Positions 49,526 through 59,824 of a DNA stretch of 64,000 nt are shown here, one piece after another; the first letter of the stretch is position 1, and the number at the start of each line of letters is the position of its first letter. Source of the DNA: Nitrospirota bacterium (GTDB lineage: Bacteria; Nitrospirota; UBA9217); NCBI GenBank assembly GCA_963754875.1, contig CAVWHO010000019.1, positions 32,001-96,000 on the forward strand, given 5' to 3'. A program made the position numbers and the translations under genes. The notes beneath the pieces are model-generated. The model did not search any database, was not told where the DNA came from, and saw only the letters and a list, made by a program, of their open reading frames with translations.

Positions 49526-50909
49526 ATGCCATCCTCCTCATACGACGCAATCATCATCGGCACCGGGCCTGCAGGCATCTTTGCTGCGCTTGAACTGGTA
49601 AAAAACAGCCGTCTGAAAATTCTCATGATCGAGAAAGGCGGCGACCTTGAGCATCGGGCCTGCCCCATGATCGAATCCGCGGTCCCCTGCGTCCAATGCG
49701 GGCTTTGCGGCATCCTCTGCGGCTGGGGCGGCGCAGGGGCTTACAGCGACGGCAAACTGACGCTTACCTCGGATTTTGGAGGATGGCTCAAGGACTATCT
49801 TTCCCCGGGCGAGCTCACAGCTTCAATAGACTATGTCGATTCCATTTATCGAGCCTTCGGCGCAGGCGGCGACGTGCACGGTGAGAACAAGGATGCGCTG
49901 TCCCGTCTCCGGAAAAAGGCGGCAGGGTACGACCTTGAACTCATTCCGGCCAGGATCCGGCACATCGGAACGGACATGTGCCGGGAAGTCCTGAGGCGGT
50001 TTAAAAACGAGCTGGACAATAAAGTAGATTTTCTCTTCGATACCACGGTGCAGCAGATCAGGGTGAACGACGGGACTGCAGCAGGCGTGACGCTCAACGG
50101 CACTACGACGATCGAAGCAAAGCACATTATTGTTGCCGCGGGCAGGGAAGGGTCCTCGTGGCTTTCGGGCGAAGCGAAGCGGCTGGGCCTCGCGGTCAAG
50201 AAGAACCCCGTAGACATCGGCGTACGGGTCGAGCTCCCGGCCCAGATCATGAAGGACATCACCGACGTTGCCTATGAAGGGAAGTTCATCTATTATTCGA
50301 AACGGTTCCGCGATCGCGTGCGCACCTTCTGCATGAATCCCTACGGCGAGGTGGTCAAGGAGTACAGCGAAGGCATCTACAGCGTGAACGGCCACAGCTA
50401 TAAGAACCGGAGAACGGAGAATACGAACTTTGCCCTTCTCGTGAGCACGGACTTCACCGAACCCTTTGATGATCCTATCTCCTACGGCAAGTACATTGCC
50501 GGCCTTGCCAATCTCCTTGGCGGCGGGGTGATCGTCCAGCGACTCGGGGACCTCAAGATGGGCCGGCAGGTCCACGCCCGGGAGAATTGCCGAGGCTTCG
50601 GTCCGGCCGACGCTGGAAGACGCGACGCCCGGGGACCTCAGTTTCGTGCTGCCCTACCGTCACCTGCTTAACATTACGGAAATGCTCGAAGCGCTCGACA
50701 ACATAGCGCCGGGCGCAAATTCAGGGGATACGCTTCTTTACGGGGTAGAGGTGAAGTTTTATTCCATGAAATTGCAACTTTCACCGGGCCTGGAAACTGA
50801 AGTGAAAAACCTTTTCGCAGTCGGCGACGGTGCGGGCGTGACGCGGGGGTTGATCCAGGCTTCCATATCCGGAGTTGTAGCGGCAAGAGAAATACTGAAG
50901 AGGAGCTGA
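49526..50909 (+). CDS. FAD-dependent oxidoreductase (uncharacterised COG2509-like family), frameshift near 50567
   Basis: IIIGTGPAG, GWGGAGAYSDGKL, RHIGTD, DIGVRVE, RTFCMNP.G.V, YGVEVKFYS, GDGAGVTRG. Confidence 0.9.
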
Positions 50910-50967
50910 TTGCAGATAATCGAAAATTCGGTGGATCAGCAGACGTCCCTGACTCAACTGACCGTCT

Positions 50968-51199
50968 TCACTTCATTCCTCCCCCAACCTGTTTTGTCCT
51001 CACCTCTATAAAGAAATCGCATTTCTTGCGGCCGCCGATCTTCGTTGCATGGAAGGTCTGCATCCTTTTCCTGCACAGGGCCCCGCAATCTGCCGGCACG
51101 TCTTCCCTGCATGTCGCGTGAAAGCAGAACAATTGCGGTCCTGTTCTTCGGGACAATGATAAAATTCCAGCAATTCGGCGGAGCCGCTTGTCGTTGCGT
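50968..51199 (-). pseudogene. Degraded two-CW-domain small protein
   Basis: Reconstructed across two frameshifts: NCWNF/YHCPEEQDRNCSAF..AGKTCRQIAG/LCRKRMQ..KIGGRKKCDFF; ACG at the expected start position. Confidence 0.6.
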
Positions 51200-51237
51200 T
51201 TTTTGGCTGTTCGACGCCAGCTTGGAAAAAATTTCAA

Positions 51238-51342
51238 TCCCGCGACTTGGAATCCCCCGGCTCCAGCCGGGTGAGGAGCGCCCGTAACCGCGGGAGGTCG
51301 TGTTATTAGAAGGAGCCTCCGCAATCTGCAGGAGGGGCTCCA
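51238..51342. repeat. Palindromic repeat, copy B (longer form of 17466-17508)
   Basis: Same ends as copy A plus about 60 extra nt; stems TCCCGCG/CGCGGGA, CCGGCT/AGCCGG and GGAGCCTCC/GGAGGGGCTCC. Confidence 0.75.
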
Positions 51343-51465
51343 CTAAGCTTGCTCATAGTGCTCTTATTGAATTGCTGGCTGATCTCAATACCCGGGACCG
51401 GGTATTCTTAGGGTATGAGCAGAAGATGTTAAAAAGCCGGGGAGCAAGTCAGGATCGTGTAGAAA

Positions 51466-52140
51466 CTATCCTACCCATAACCCGTACAACACTATCAGCG
51501 CGAGTCCCGGCAGCATGTCTATGGTTTTGATGGTTTTTATTTTTAACAGGTTGAAACCGATCGCGAGCACGATAATGCCACCCACACCGTCGATGTTGTT
51601 CATCATCCGCTCCGTTGCGAGGAAGGTAAGCGCTCCGGAGAAAGTCGTCAGAATGCCCTGAACGACAAGAACTGTGATCGCCGAGATGGCGACCGAGGGC
51701 CCGTAACGCGAAGCGAGAACAAAAGAGGCAAACCCGTCCATCACGGACTTTGTCTTGATAAGCATACCGTCGTTGTAGAGCCCGTCCTTGAGCGAACCGA
51801 TGATGGTCATGGACCCGACGCAGAAAAGCGTGCTCGCGACGAGAAACCCCTCTATGTCGTATTTGCCTGACAGATAAGAGTCGTTCAAACGGTTGAGAGT
51901 TCCGTGCAGCCGATCTTCGAGTTTCATCATACTGCCTGCGAACGTCCCGAGTACGAGCGCAAATACCAGGGGAACGATGTCGCTTCCGTGCAGGCTCATC
52001 TTGATCCCCACGAATGCGGTCACCAGCCCGAGCACGATAAAAACTTTTTCTTTTACATCGTCGTGGATCTTTTTTCCCGCAAGAAGGCCGAGCACGCTTC
52101 CCGTGGCGACCAAAATGCCATTGAAGAGATACCCTTTCAT
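51466..52140 (-). CDS. DUF554-family membrane protein
   Basis: GFLVASTLFCVGSMTIIGSLKDGL...KSVMDGF; multiple TM helices. Confidence 0.9.
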   Translation of the reverse strand: MKGYLFNGILVATGSVLGLLAGKKIHDDVKEKVFIVLGLVTAFVGIKMSLHGSDIVPLVFALVLGTFAGSMMKLEDRLHGTLNRLNDSYLSGKYDIEGFLVASTLFCVGSMTIIGSLKDGLYNDGMLIKTKSVMDGFASFVLASRYGPSVAISAITVLVVQGILTTFSGALTFLATERMMNNIDGVGGIIVLAIGFNLLKIKTIKTIDMLPGLALIVLYGLWVG

Positions 52141-52344
52141 GGGGGCCTATTATAATCACATCCGTTATTTATTGAAACAGAAATATAGGGATCATGGGTG
52201 ACGGATTTTGGATTACGCAATTTTTTGTTACTAATCGCACGCATGGGATTACTTAAAATTTTAATTGAGTAATTTTTAAAGTTGTGATATGGTATGCAAT
52301 CACATAGCTGTTATAATGCAATTCTCATTAAGGAGGGGAAAAGG

Positions 52345-52641
52345 ATGAAGAAGATCGGAGTAGTGTTCGCAGTTGTGATTTTTGTTGTATCGTTGGTTTC
52401 TCTGGCGTTTGCAGCTGGCATGCAGAAGGGTACTATCAAGAGCGTAGATGCAAAGACCGGCACGGTAGTGTTCTGTGAAGAAGGCACCAACAAGGATGTG
52501 ACCCTGAAAGCAGACAAGTCCGTTGATCTCGGCAAAATAAATGCCGGAGAAAAGGTAGAGGTCTCCATCGAGAAAGACATGCTGAAGCACGTGATGGCCG
52601 CTCCGGCCGCAGCGAAGCCGAAGGCACCGGTGGGTTGCTAG
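52345..52641 (+). CDS. Small exported beta-rich protein ending in Gly-Cys (ExtJ-like)
   Basis: AGGAGG RBS, signal peptide ending AFA, KGTIKSVD...GEKVEV, C-terminal KAPVGC. Confidence 0.7.
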   Translation: MKKIGVVFAVVIFVVSLVSLAFAAGMQKGTIKSVDAKTGTVVFCEEGTNKDVTLKADKSVDLGKINAGEKVEVSIEKDMLKHVMAAPAAAKPKAPVGC

Positions 52642-52662
52642 GCTAATAACGCATTCATCAGT

Positions 52663-52699
52663 AAGGGAGTCCCCGTAAGGGCGACTCCCTTTTTCTTTT
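52663..52699 (+). terminator. Rho-independent terminator
   Basis: AAGGGAGTC-CCC-GTAA-GGG-C-GACTCCCTT followed by a T-tract. Confidence 0.85.
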
Positions 52700-52750
52700 G
52701 TGCGCCCGCGCCATATTTCTTAACGAACATTCTTGTAAATCGAACAGTGT

Positions 52751-53231
52751 ATGAGACTTTGGTCGCCGCACCCTCGATATCTTGGTCCTCAGGGATTGTT
52801 TGCCCTCTGGCGGGAAGGACTGCTTGCACAAAAGGTCCTGCAGGGGAAAACAGCAGGATATCGGAATCATCCGCAGCTTGAACGTTTCCATCCCCAGCCC
52901 CGGTCACGGCTATTGCAACCTATCTGCATGCTGTCCATGGAGAATCGTTTCGAGGCGGCTACTCTTTCAACTCGGATAAAATAGCTGCCCTTGATGTTGT
53001 CGAACAATTCCCTGTACCCGTGGACAACTGCTGTTTGAGGTTACGCATTTGAAAAAGAAACTCAGAGGCCGGAATACCGAGCGATTCCGCAATTTGCTGC
53101 ACGACCAGGAGATTGGCTTGCAACCCCTTTTTTCCCTGAGAAACGGAGAAGTCGAACTGTGGGAGCAACGGCCCGGGAGCACGACCCTTCAACAAGGCGT
53201 ACAGAGAGGGGCGTCCCACAAAATACCTTGA
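52751..53231 (+). pseudogene. Pyrimidine-dimer DNA glycosylase / endonuclease V family, disrupted
   Basis: MRLWS.HP.YL...GL.ALWREGLLAQKVL.GKT.GY.NHPQLERF; continues in other frames (AIATYLHAV..GYSFN; GQLLFE.THLKKKL..PLF..GEVELWE). Confidence 0.8.
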
Positions 53232-53314
53232 TTTATAGGGGAGTTTGTTTTATTATTGTCATCCAATTGCGGACAGATGAGAACCGTAAAAACAGAAACA
53301 ACGAGGAGGAAGCA

Positions 53315-53545
53315 GTGATCAAAGTGAACCAGGAAGAGCTCAAACAAAAGATCGAGAAACTGAAAAAGGCGGCAACGGAAAGGGCGACGAAGGCGGAAGG
53401 CAAAAAGGGGGCCGACACGGGGGTCCGCAAGGCACGCAAACAGGTCAAGCGGGCACAGAGAAAACTTCGTGCTGCCAAGGCGTACAAGTCTGCGGGTAAG
53501 AAAGCCGGCGAAGCGAAGCCGGCCGAGGAAAAGGCGTCCGCGTAG
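53315..53545 (+). CDS. Small Lys/Arg/Ala-rich basic protein
   Basis: GAGGAGG RBS and GTG start; 76 aa, highly basic (RKARKQVKRAQRK). Confidence 0.7.
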   Translation: MIKVNQEELKQKIEKLKKAATERATKAEGKKGADTGVRKARKQVKRAQRKLRAAKAYKSAGKKAGEAKPAEEKASA

Positions 53546-53560
53546 CCGGAAGGCAACAGC

Positions 53561-54289
53561 GTGTCGCGCGTCCCTTCTCATAGGATGATGCCGTTGCGCA
53601 GGGCATGCGTGCTCTTCGCGGTCGTGGTGTCGGCAGCAGCATGCGCGGGTACGGTCGGCCCGTCGGCGCGGAGGGCTGCTCCGGCGCCGTCCCAGCCCAT
53701 TGCATCGTCGGTCACTTCATCGGTAACAGCACCTGCCCGGGGGCCTGCCCCCGTCTCCCGGGAAACAGGGACCGCAGCCTGGTACGGCAAGGAGTATCAG
53801 GGGAAGAAGACGGCGAGCGGAGAGGTCTTTGACATGAACAGCCTCACTGCCGCCCACCGGACCTTGCCGCTCGGCACGGTCATTCGAGTTACTAATCTTG
53901 AAAATGAAAAAAGCGTTACCGTTGCCATAAACGACCGCGGCCCATTCACCAATAATTGCATTCTGGATCTTTCCTACGCGGCAGCCAGGAAGCTGGGTAT
54001 CGTTGCTCAAGGCACGGGGCGCGTGCAGATCGATATACTGGAAGCAGGGCGTGAGCCGGCGCAGTATACGGTGAATGCCGCGACCTTTACCGAGGAAGAG
54101 AATGCACGACTTCTGAAATTCCGTCTATCAAAAAAGTTCGAAGTGGTTACCATCGTACCGTTCGAGACGAATGTTGCCAGGTTCTATCGAGTACGCGTCG
54201 GGTCCTATTCATCAGAAGAGCTTGCGGAACATGTGGCAGCGAAGTTGGCGCGCGAGGGGCTTGAAGCGGTCGTCTTGCGAAAAGACTGA
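53561..54289 (+). CDS. rlpA: Septal-ring lytic transglycosylase RlpA family (lipoprotein with SPOR domain)
   Basis: AAWYG..GKKTASGE.FDM..LTAAHRTLP, INDRGPF, DLSYAAA; SPOR motif YRVRVG; start uncertain. Confidence 0.92.
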   Translation: MSRVPSHRMMPLRRACVLFAVVVSAAACAGTVGPSARRAAPAPSQPIASSVTSSVTAPARGPAPVSRETGTAAWYGKEYQGKKTASGEVFDMNSLTAAHRTLPLGTVIRVTNLENEKSVTVAINDRGPFTNNCILDLSYAAARKLGIVAQGTGRVQIDILEAGREPAQYTVNAATFTEEENARLLKFRLSKKFEVVTIVPFETNVARFYRVRVGSYSSEELAEHVAAKLAREGLEAVVLRKD

Positions 54290-54493
54290 ACTCACTCAAT
54301 GAAAATTAGTGACTCTGTAAACAATACGGATTTAACCACGAGGCATACCCTGCTGTTGCCAGGACGCGGGCACAAGCAGAGAAAACCTGTTTATGTGTAA
54401 TAAGCGTTTTTTCCCTGTCTCCGTGCCCTGCGGTAGATATTTTTTGCAGTTTTTACAAAATGAAGATGATAGTGGAGAATCCAGGCAGGTCCT

Positions 54494-55990
54494 ATGAAGA
54501 TTAACGTCAGTGCAGGCACGCTCGAAAAACACAAAACAGACGGTGCAGCCATCCTTCTCTTCGCAGAGGAGAAATTCGGGGCTACGTTGGCGCGGATCGA
54601 TAAAGCGCTCGGTGGGACTGTGGCGCAGCTCATAGAACGCGGTGATTTTAAGCCCAAGCCGGGAGCAGTCCATCTTCTTTACCCCGAAGGCCGGATCGCA
54701 GCAAAGCGGCTGGTCCTCGCCGGACTGGGCAAGCGGAGCGAGTTCACGCTCAACCGCCTGCGGCAGGCTGTCGGCAAGGCAGCTCCTTCGTTGCGGGCAG
54801 CCGGAGCACGGGATGTCACTCTCCTCGTTGAAGATTACGGCCTGGATCCTGAAGGAGTGTCCCAAGCCCTGGCCGAAGGGAGCATGCTCGGCCTCTACCG
54901 CTTTTTGAAATACAAAACCAACGACGAGAACGACCGGAAGAAAGATATCATGTCGATCATGCTTCTGACCGAGACCACTGCTTCGGTCAAAGCCCTTCAG
55001 GCAGGCGCCAAGGCCGGAGAGGTGATTGCCGACTCCGCCATCATGGTTCGCGACATGGTGAGTTCTCCGCCTGTTGATATGACGCCGACGATCGTAGCCG
55101 CTAAGGCGCGGGAGCTTGCGCGGCAGTTTGGTTTGACCGTACAGGTGCTCGAACGCGCCCAGATGCAGAAGCTCGGCATGGGCGCTCTTCTCGGGGTCGC
55201 TTCGGGGAGCGTGCAGCCGCCGAAGTTCGTCATTATCGAGTACCGGAAGGGCGGGAAAAAACCTGTTATCGCACTTGTGGGCAAGACCATCACTTTCGAT
55301 TCCGGCGGCATATCGATCAAGCCTTCCGAGAACATGGACAAGATGAAGGACGACATGTCAGGCGGGGCAGCGGTGCTCGGAGCGCTCCGCACGGCTGCAG
55401 CACTCAAACTCCCGCTCAACATTGTCGGTCTGCTCCCGGCAACGGAGAACATGCCGAGCGGCAGCGCGTACAAGCCCGGCGATGTGCTCCGGACAATGTC
55501 CGGGAAGACCATCGAGATCATCAATACTGATGCGGAAGGAAGACTTATCCTGTCCGATGCTCTCGCGTACGCATGCCGGTACAAACCGGCGGTGATCGTG
55601 GACATTGCAACGCTCACCGGGGCCTGCAGGGTCGCCCTCGGCCAGGAGGCCACGGGCATGGTCGGCACGGATGAGAAACTGAAGCAGAAGATCCGCGAGG
55701 CCGGCGAGAAGACGGGCGAGCGCGTCTGGGAAATGCCGCTCTGGGAAGGCTACTACGACCAGATCAAGAGCGACATTGCAGACATGAAGAACGCCGGCGG
55801 CAGGGACGGCGGCGTGATCACGGCTGCAGCGCTTCTTTCCAAGTTCGTGCAGAAGTATCCCTGGGTGCACCTTGATATCGCGGCAACTGCCTGGACCGAG
55901 AAGGACCGGCCATATACGCCGAAAGGCGCGACCGGCATCGGAATGCGGCTGTTAACGCAGTTTCTCAGGGACTACGACAAGAAAAATTAG
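54494..55990 (+). CDS. pepA: Leucyl aminopeptidase (M17)
   Basis: GKTITFDSGG.SIK, MKDDMSG, NTDAEGRL, DIATLTGA. Confidence 0.96.
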   Translation: MKINVSAGTLEKHKTDGAAILLFAEEKFGATLARIDKALGGTVAQLIERGDFKPKPGAVHLLYPEGRIAAKRLVLAGLGKRSEFTLNRLRQAVGKAAPSLRAAGARDVTLLVEDYGLDPEGVSQALAEGSMLGLYRFLKYKTNDENDRKKDIMSIMLLTETTASVKALQAGAKAGEVIADSAIMVRDMVSSPPVDMTPTIVAAKARELARQFGLTVQVLERAQMQKLGMGALLGVASGSVQPPKFVIIEYRKGGKKPVIALVGKTITFDSGGISIKPSENMDKMKDDMSGGAAVLGALRTAAALKLPLNIVGLLPATENMPSGSAYKPGDVLRTMSGKTIEIINTDAEGRLILSDALAYACRYKPAVIVDIATLTGACRVALGQEATGMVGTDEKLKQKIREAGEKTGERVWEMPLWEGYYDQIKSDIADMKNAGGRDGGVITAAALLSKFVQKYPWVHLDIAATAWTEKDRPYTPKGATGIGMRLLTQFLRDYDKKN

Positions 55991-56123
55991 CCACAGGACA
56001 CGGAGGAACTGAGAAAGACGAGAGCATTAAGCATCAGGGACGAAAAAAACAGGAATATATTCTTCAATTGCTTTCAGTACACAATCGTTCATGATTCTCT
56101 CTGTGTCTCCGAGTCTCTGTGGC
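55990..56123. repeat. Intergenic imperfect inverted repeat of CACAGAG/CACGGAG-type units
   Basis: GCCACAGGACACGGAG... against ...CTCCGAGTCTCTGTGGC. Confidence 0.65.
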
Positions 56124-56133
56124 GGAATTCCTT

Positions 56134-57033
56134 ATGGACCTCCATCAGATCGAAATATTCTGCACCCTCATCAAACTCTGCAGTTTCTCAAAAGCAGCTG
56201 AAGCACTCTACCTCACCCAGCCGACCGTGAGCGGCCATATTAAAAATCTTGAACAGGAACTGGGAGTAAAACTTCTCGACCGCCTCGGCAAACAGGTCAT
56301 GCCCACAGAGGCCGGGGATATGCTTTTTCGGCACGGGCAGGAGCTTCTTACTCTGCGCGATCGGGCCCGAGAGGAAATCGCGGGCCTGTCAGGCCGGGTG
56401 AGCGGCCTCCTGAAGATCGGCGGGAGCACAATACCCGGCGCCTACCTTCTTCCGTCGTTCATCGGAACATTCAAGAAACAACATCCCTCCGCTACCATTC
56501 AGCTCCTTATCGACGATACCGTGAAGATAACACAAGCCGTGTTGAACGGTGATCTCCATCTTGGTGTCGTCGGCGCACCTATGATTGACCCCCAATTGGA
56601 GAGCCACCCGTACCTGCGGGATGAACTCGTTGTTGCGGTACCAGCGACGCACGCCTGGGCCAAAAAACGGACCATCACGCCCGAGGCCCTGTGCGGGGCG
56701 CCGTTCATTCTCCGTGAAACAGGTTCGGGTACGCGCCGCACCATGGAAGAGCGGCTCGGGGAAACGGGTATCTCAATCGCAGACCTGAACACGATTGCGG
56801 TGATGGGAAGCAGCGACGCTGTGCGCCAGTCAATAAAAGGCGGGCTCGGCATATCGATCCTCTCGATCCGTGCGATCAAGGATGATATCGTTGCAAAAAG
56901 GCTTGCTGCAGTGCGGCTCAAGGGGATGCCGATCGAACGGAATTTTTCCATTATCTTGCGCAAGGGCAAGAGCCGTTCGACTTTGTGCCAGACCTTCCTC
57001 AATTTTCTTCTTAAAGTGAAGTCGAGCGCCTGA
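56134..57033 (+). CDS. LysR-family regulator (CysL-like)
   Basis: HTH SFSKAAEALYLTQPTVS; GGSTIPGAYLLP; RETGSGTR. Confidence 0.92.
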   Translation: MDLHQIEIFCTLIKLCSFSKAAEALYLTQPTVSGHIKNLEQELGVKLLDRLGKQVMPTEAGDMLFRHGQELLTLRDRAREEIAGLSGRVSGLLKIGGSTIPGAYLLPSFIGTFKKQHPSATIQLLIDDTVKITQAVLNGDLHLGVVGAPMIDPQLESHPYLRDELVVAVPATHAWAKKRTITPEALCGAPFILRETGSGTRRTMEERLGETGISIADLNTIAVMGSSDAVRQSIKGGLGISILSIRAIKDDIVAKRLAAVRLKGMPIERNFSIILRKGKSRSTLCQTFLNFLLKVKSSA

Positions 57034-57148
57034 TGCCGTCGACTTCCCACGCCGCAACTACACAAGCCTCTCAAAATTTGCAAGTAACTTCTCCTGTTTT
57101 CAAACCCCTTCATTGACACGTCTGTTCCATATGGAGTAATATTTATTC

Positions 57149-59155
57149 ATGACGAGATTTAAAATCGTATCAGACTTTAAACCTACAGGCGACCAGCCGC
57201 AGGCGATCGATAAACTGACCGAAGGCGTCGTCAAGGGCCTTCCGCACCAGGTGCTTCTGGGTGTGACCGGGTCAGGCAAGACGTTCACCATAGCAAACGT
57301 GGTGGAGCGGGTCCAGAGGCCCACGCTCGTTATTGCCCATAACAAGACCCTGGCTGCGCAGTTGTATAACGAGTTCAAAGAGCTCTTTCCCGAGAATGCG
57401 GTGGAGTACTTCGTCTCCTATTACGATTACTACCAACCCGAAGCGTACCTGCCCACGACCGACACCTATATAGAGAAAGATTCTTCCATCAATGAGCAGA
57501 TCGACCGCATGCGGCACTCGGCAACGAATTCACTCTTCGAACGGAGCGACGTGATCGTGGTGTCTTCGGTCTCGTGCATCTACGGCCTGGGCTCGCCGGA
57601 AGCATACCACGGCATGTTGCTCTTTCTGGAAAAAGGCCAGCAGCTCGAACGGAACGAGATCCTCCGGAAACTCGTGGACATCCAGTACACGCGGAACGAC
57701 TTCGATTTCCAGCGCGGCACGTTCCGGGTGCGCGGGGACGTGGTGGAAATCTTTCCCGCGTCCTTTGAGAATACGGCAATCCGCGTCGAGCTGTTCGGCG
57801 ACGAGATCGACGCGATCTCGGAGTTCGACCCGCTCCTGGGCACGCCGCTCAAAAAGCTCGAAAAAGTCGCCATTTATCCGGGCAGCCATTATGTGATCCC
57901 GGAATCGCGCATGAAAGCGGCCATTGACGGCATTCACGAGGAGCTCCGAGAGCGAATCCAGCATTTCCGCAAGATGAACAAGCTGATCGAGGCCCAGCGC
58001 ATCGAGCAGCGGACCATGTTCGACCTCGAAATGATCCAGGAAATGGGCTACTGCCACGGGATCGAAAACTACTCGCGACACCTTTCAGGACGGGCGCCGG
58101 GGGAAGCTCCGCCGACATTGCTCGATTACTTCCCCAAGGATTTCCTGCTCGTTGTTGACGAGTCCCATGCCACGGTCCCGCAGATCGGCGGCATGTACAA
58201 CGGCGATCGGGCGCGCAAACAGACGCTGGTGGAGTTCGGCTTCCGTTTGCCTTCGGCCCTCGACAACCGTCCGCTCAACTTTGAAGAGTTCGAGGCACGC
58301 GTGCACCAGACCGTGTATGTTTCCGCTACACCGTCGGATTTCGAGACGAATAAATCCGGCAACCGGATCATTGAGCAGGTCATTCGTCCGACAGGGCTCA
58401 CCGACCCGCAGATCGCGATCAGGCCCGTCAAGGGACAGGTGGACGATCTTTTGAACGAGATCAGGAAGCGGGCCGAAATAAAAGAGCGGGTGCTCGTGAC
58501 CACGCTCACAAAGAGAATGGCGGAGGATCTGACCGAGCATTACAAGGAACTGAATGTGAAGGTCGCCTATCTGCACTCCGATATCGATACGCTCGAACGG
58601 GTGGATATCATCCGCGATCTGCGCCTGGGCAAATACGACGTGCTCGTCGGCATCAACCTGCTCCGTGAAGGGCTTGACATCCCCGAGGTATCACTGGTGG
58701 CGATCCTGGACGCGGACAAGGAAGGGTTCCTGCGCTCCACGCGGTCGCTCATCCAGACCATGGGCCGCGCTGCCCGGCATGTGAACGGCGAGGTCATTCT
58801 CTACGCAGAGCGGATCACCGATTCGATGAGGAATGCGATCAGCGAAACGAACCGACGGCGAACGGTCCAGGAAGAGTACAACAAGAAGCACAACATTACG
58901 CCGATATCCATCAAGAAGAACATCCAGGCCACGCTCCGGACCGTGTACGAGCAGGATTACTTTACCGTGCCGATCGCTGCAGAAGATGCCGGAGAATACG
59001 TGCCCACGGTGAACATCCCCGCGCTCATTGCATCGCTCGATAAACAGATGCGTGCAGCAGCCAAGGAACTGGATTTCGAAACAGCAGCAGAGCTTCGGGA
59101 CAAGATCAGGTCACTCAGGCAGCAGGAAATGGCGGTAGGGGTGAAAGTGGAGTAA
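57149..59155 (+). CDS. uvrB: Excinuclease ABC subunit B
   Basis: [42 protein letters not shown] domain. Confidence 0.98.
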   Translation: MTRFKIVSDFKPTGDQPQAIDKLTEGVVKGLPHQVLLGVTGSGKTFTIANVVERVQRPTLVIAHNKTLAAQLYNEFKELFPENAVEYFVSYYDYYQPEAYLPTTDTYIEKDSSINEQIDRMRHSATNSLFERSDVIVVSSVSCIYGLGSPEAYHGMLLFLEKGQQLERNEILRKLVDIQYTRNDFDFQRGTFRVRGDVVEIFPASFENTAIRVELFGDEIDAISEFDPLLGTPLKKLEKVAIYPGSHYVIPESRMKAAIDGIHEELRERIQHFRKMNKLIEAQRIEQRTMFDLEMIQEMGYCHGIENYSRHLSGRAPGEAPPTLLDYFPKDFLLVVDESHATVPQIGGMYNGDRARKQTLVEFGFRLPSALDNRPLNFEEFEARVHQTVYVSATPSDFETNKSGNRIIEQVIRPTGLTDPQIAIRPVKGQVDDLLNEIRKRAEIKERVLVTTLTKRMAEDLTEHYKELNVKVAYLHSDIDTLERVDIIRDLRLGKYDVLVGINLLREGLDIPEVSLVAILDADKEGFLRSTRSLIQTMGRAARHVNGEVILYAERITDSMRNAISETNRRRTVQEEYNKKHNITPISIKKNIQATLRTVYEQDYFTVPIAAEDAGEYVPTVNIPALIASLDKQMRAAAKELDFETAAELRDKIRSLRQQEMAVGVKVE

Positions 59156-59160
59156 AAGGC

Positions 59161-59189
59161 AGGGGACAGGGGACAGGGTAACAAGGGCA
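59161..59189. repeat. Short heptamer tandem repeat
   Basis: AGGGGAC AGGGGAC AGGGTAA CAAGGGC. Confidence 0.6.
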
Positions 59190-59224
59190 TGGCTGTTGCG
59201 GATGAAATCTAAGGTCCTTTCACC

Positions 59225-59782
59225 TTAATATCTTTGCGGCAATTCGTTTTTTCCTTTTGAAAGATCCAGATGCACGGTAACGTTGTCATCAGACAGCCAG
59301 ACCTGTCCGTCTTGAATCGAACAGTGAAGCTGCATGGTGCGCTGTGCAAGTTTTGTCAACTCCTGGCCGGCCCCAACAGGCAGGTTGATGACAACCAGGT
59401 TTTTTAAACTTTCGAGGCCGCCCTTTACCTGCTTCCACCAGACATCTGCGCTATGGCCGCTGAAGCTGTAGACGACCACCTGCTTCGCTCGTCCGCAGGC
59501 CTTGCGGAGGCGTTTTTCGTCAGGCTGGCCCACATCGATCCAGAGCTCGATCGCCCCGGTCAAATCCTTTTGCCACAACGCAGGCTCGTCATCAGTACTC
59601 ATCCCTTCCGCAAACGCTAAAGCTTCATGGGCGTGAAGAACAAAGGCAAGCAGCCGCACCATCATGCGTTCGTCGTTTTCCGATGGGTGGCGGGCGATGG
59701 TGAGGAAATGGTCCTGGTAGTAATTGCGGTCCATGTCGCTTATATGGAGTGCAGCTTTAAAGATCGTTGCTTTCAAAGCCAT
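59225..59782 (-). CDS. yaeQ: YaeQ-family protein
   Basis: MALKATIFKA, ARHPSE.DERMMVRLLAF, DEPALW, WIDVGQPDEKRLRKA. Confidence 0.93.
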   Translation of the reverse strand: MALKATIFKAALHISDMDRNYYQDHFLTIARHPSENDERMMVRLLAFVLHAHEALAFAEGMSTDDEPALWQKDLTGAIELWIDVGQPDEKRLRKACGRAKQVVVYSFSGHSADVWWKQVKGGLESLKNLVVINLPVGAGQELTKLAQRTMQLHCSIQDGQVWLSDDNVTVHLDLSKGKNELPQRY

Positions 59783-59824
59783 ATCAAAGATTCCGTTTCC
59801 GGACGAAGGGAAATCTTCCCATCC

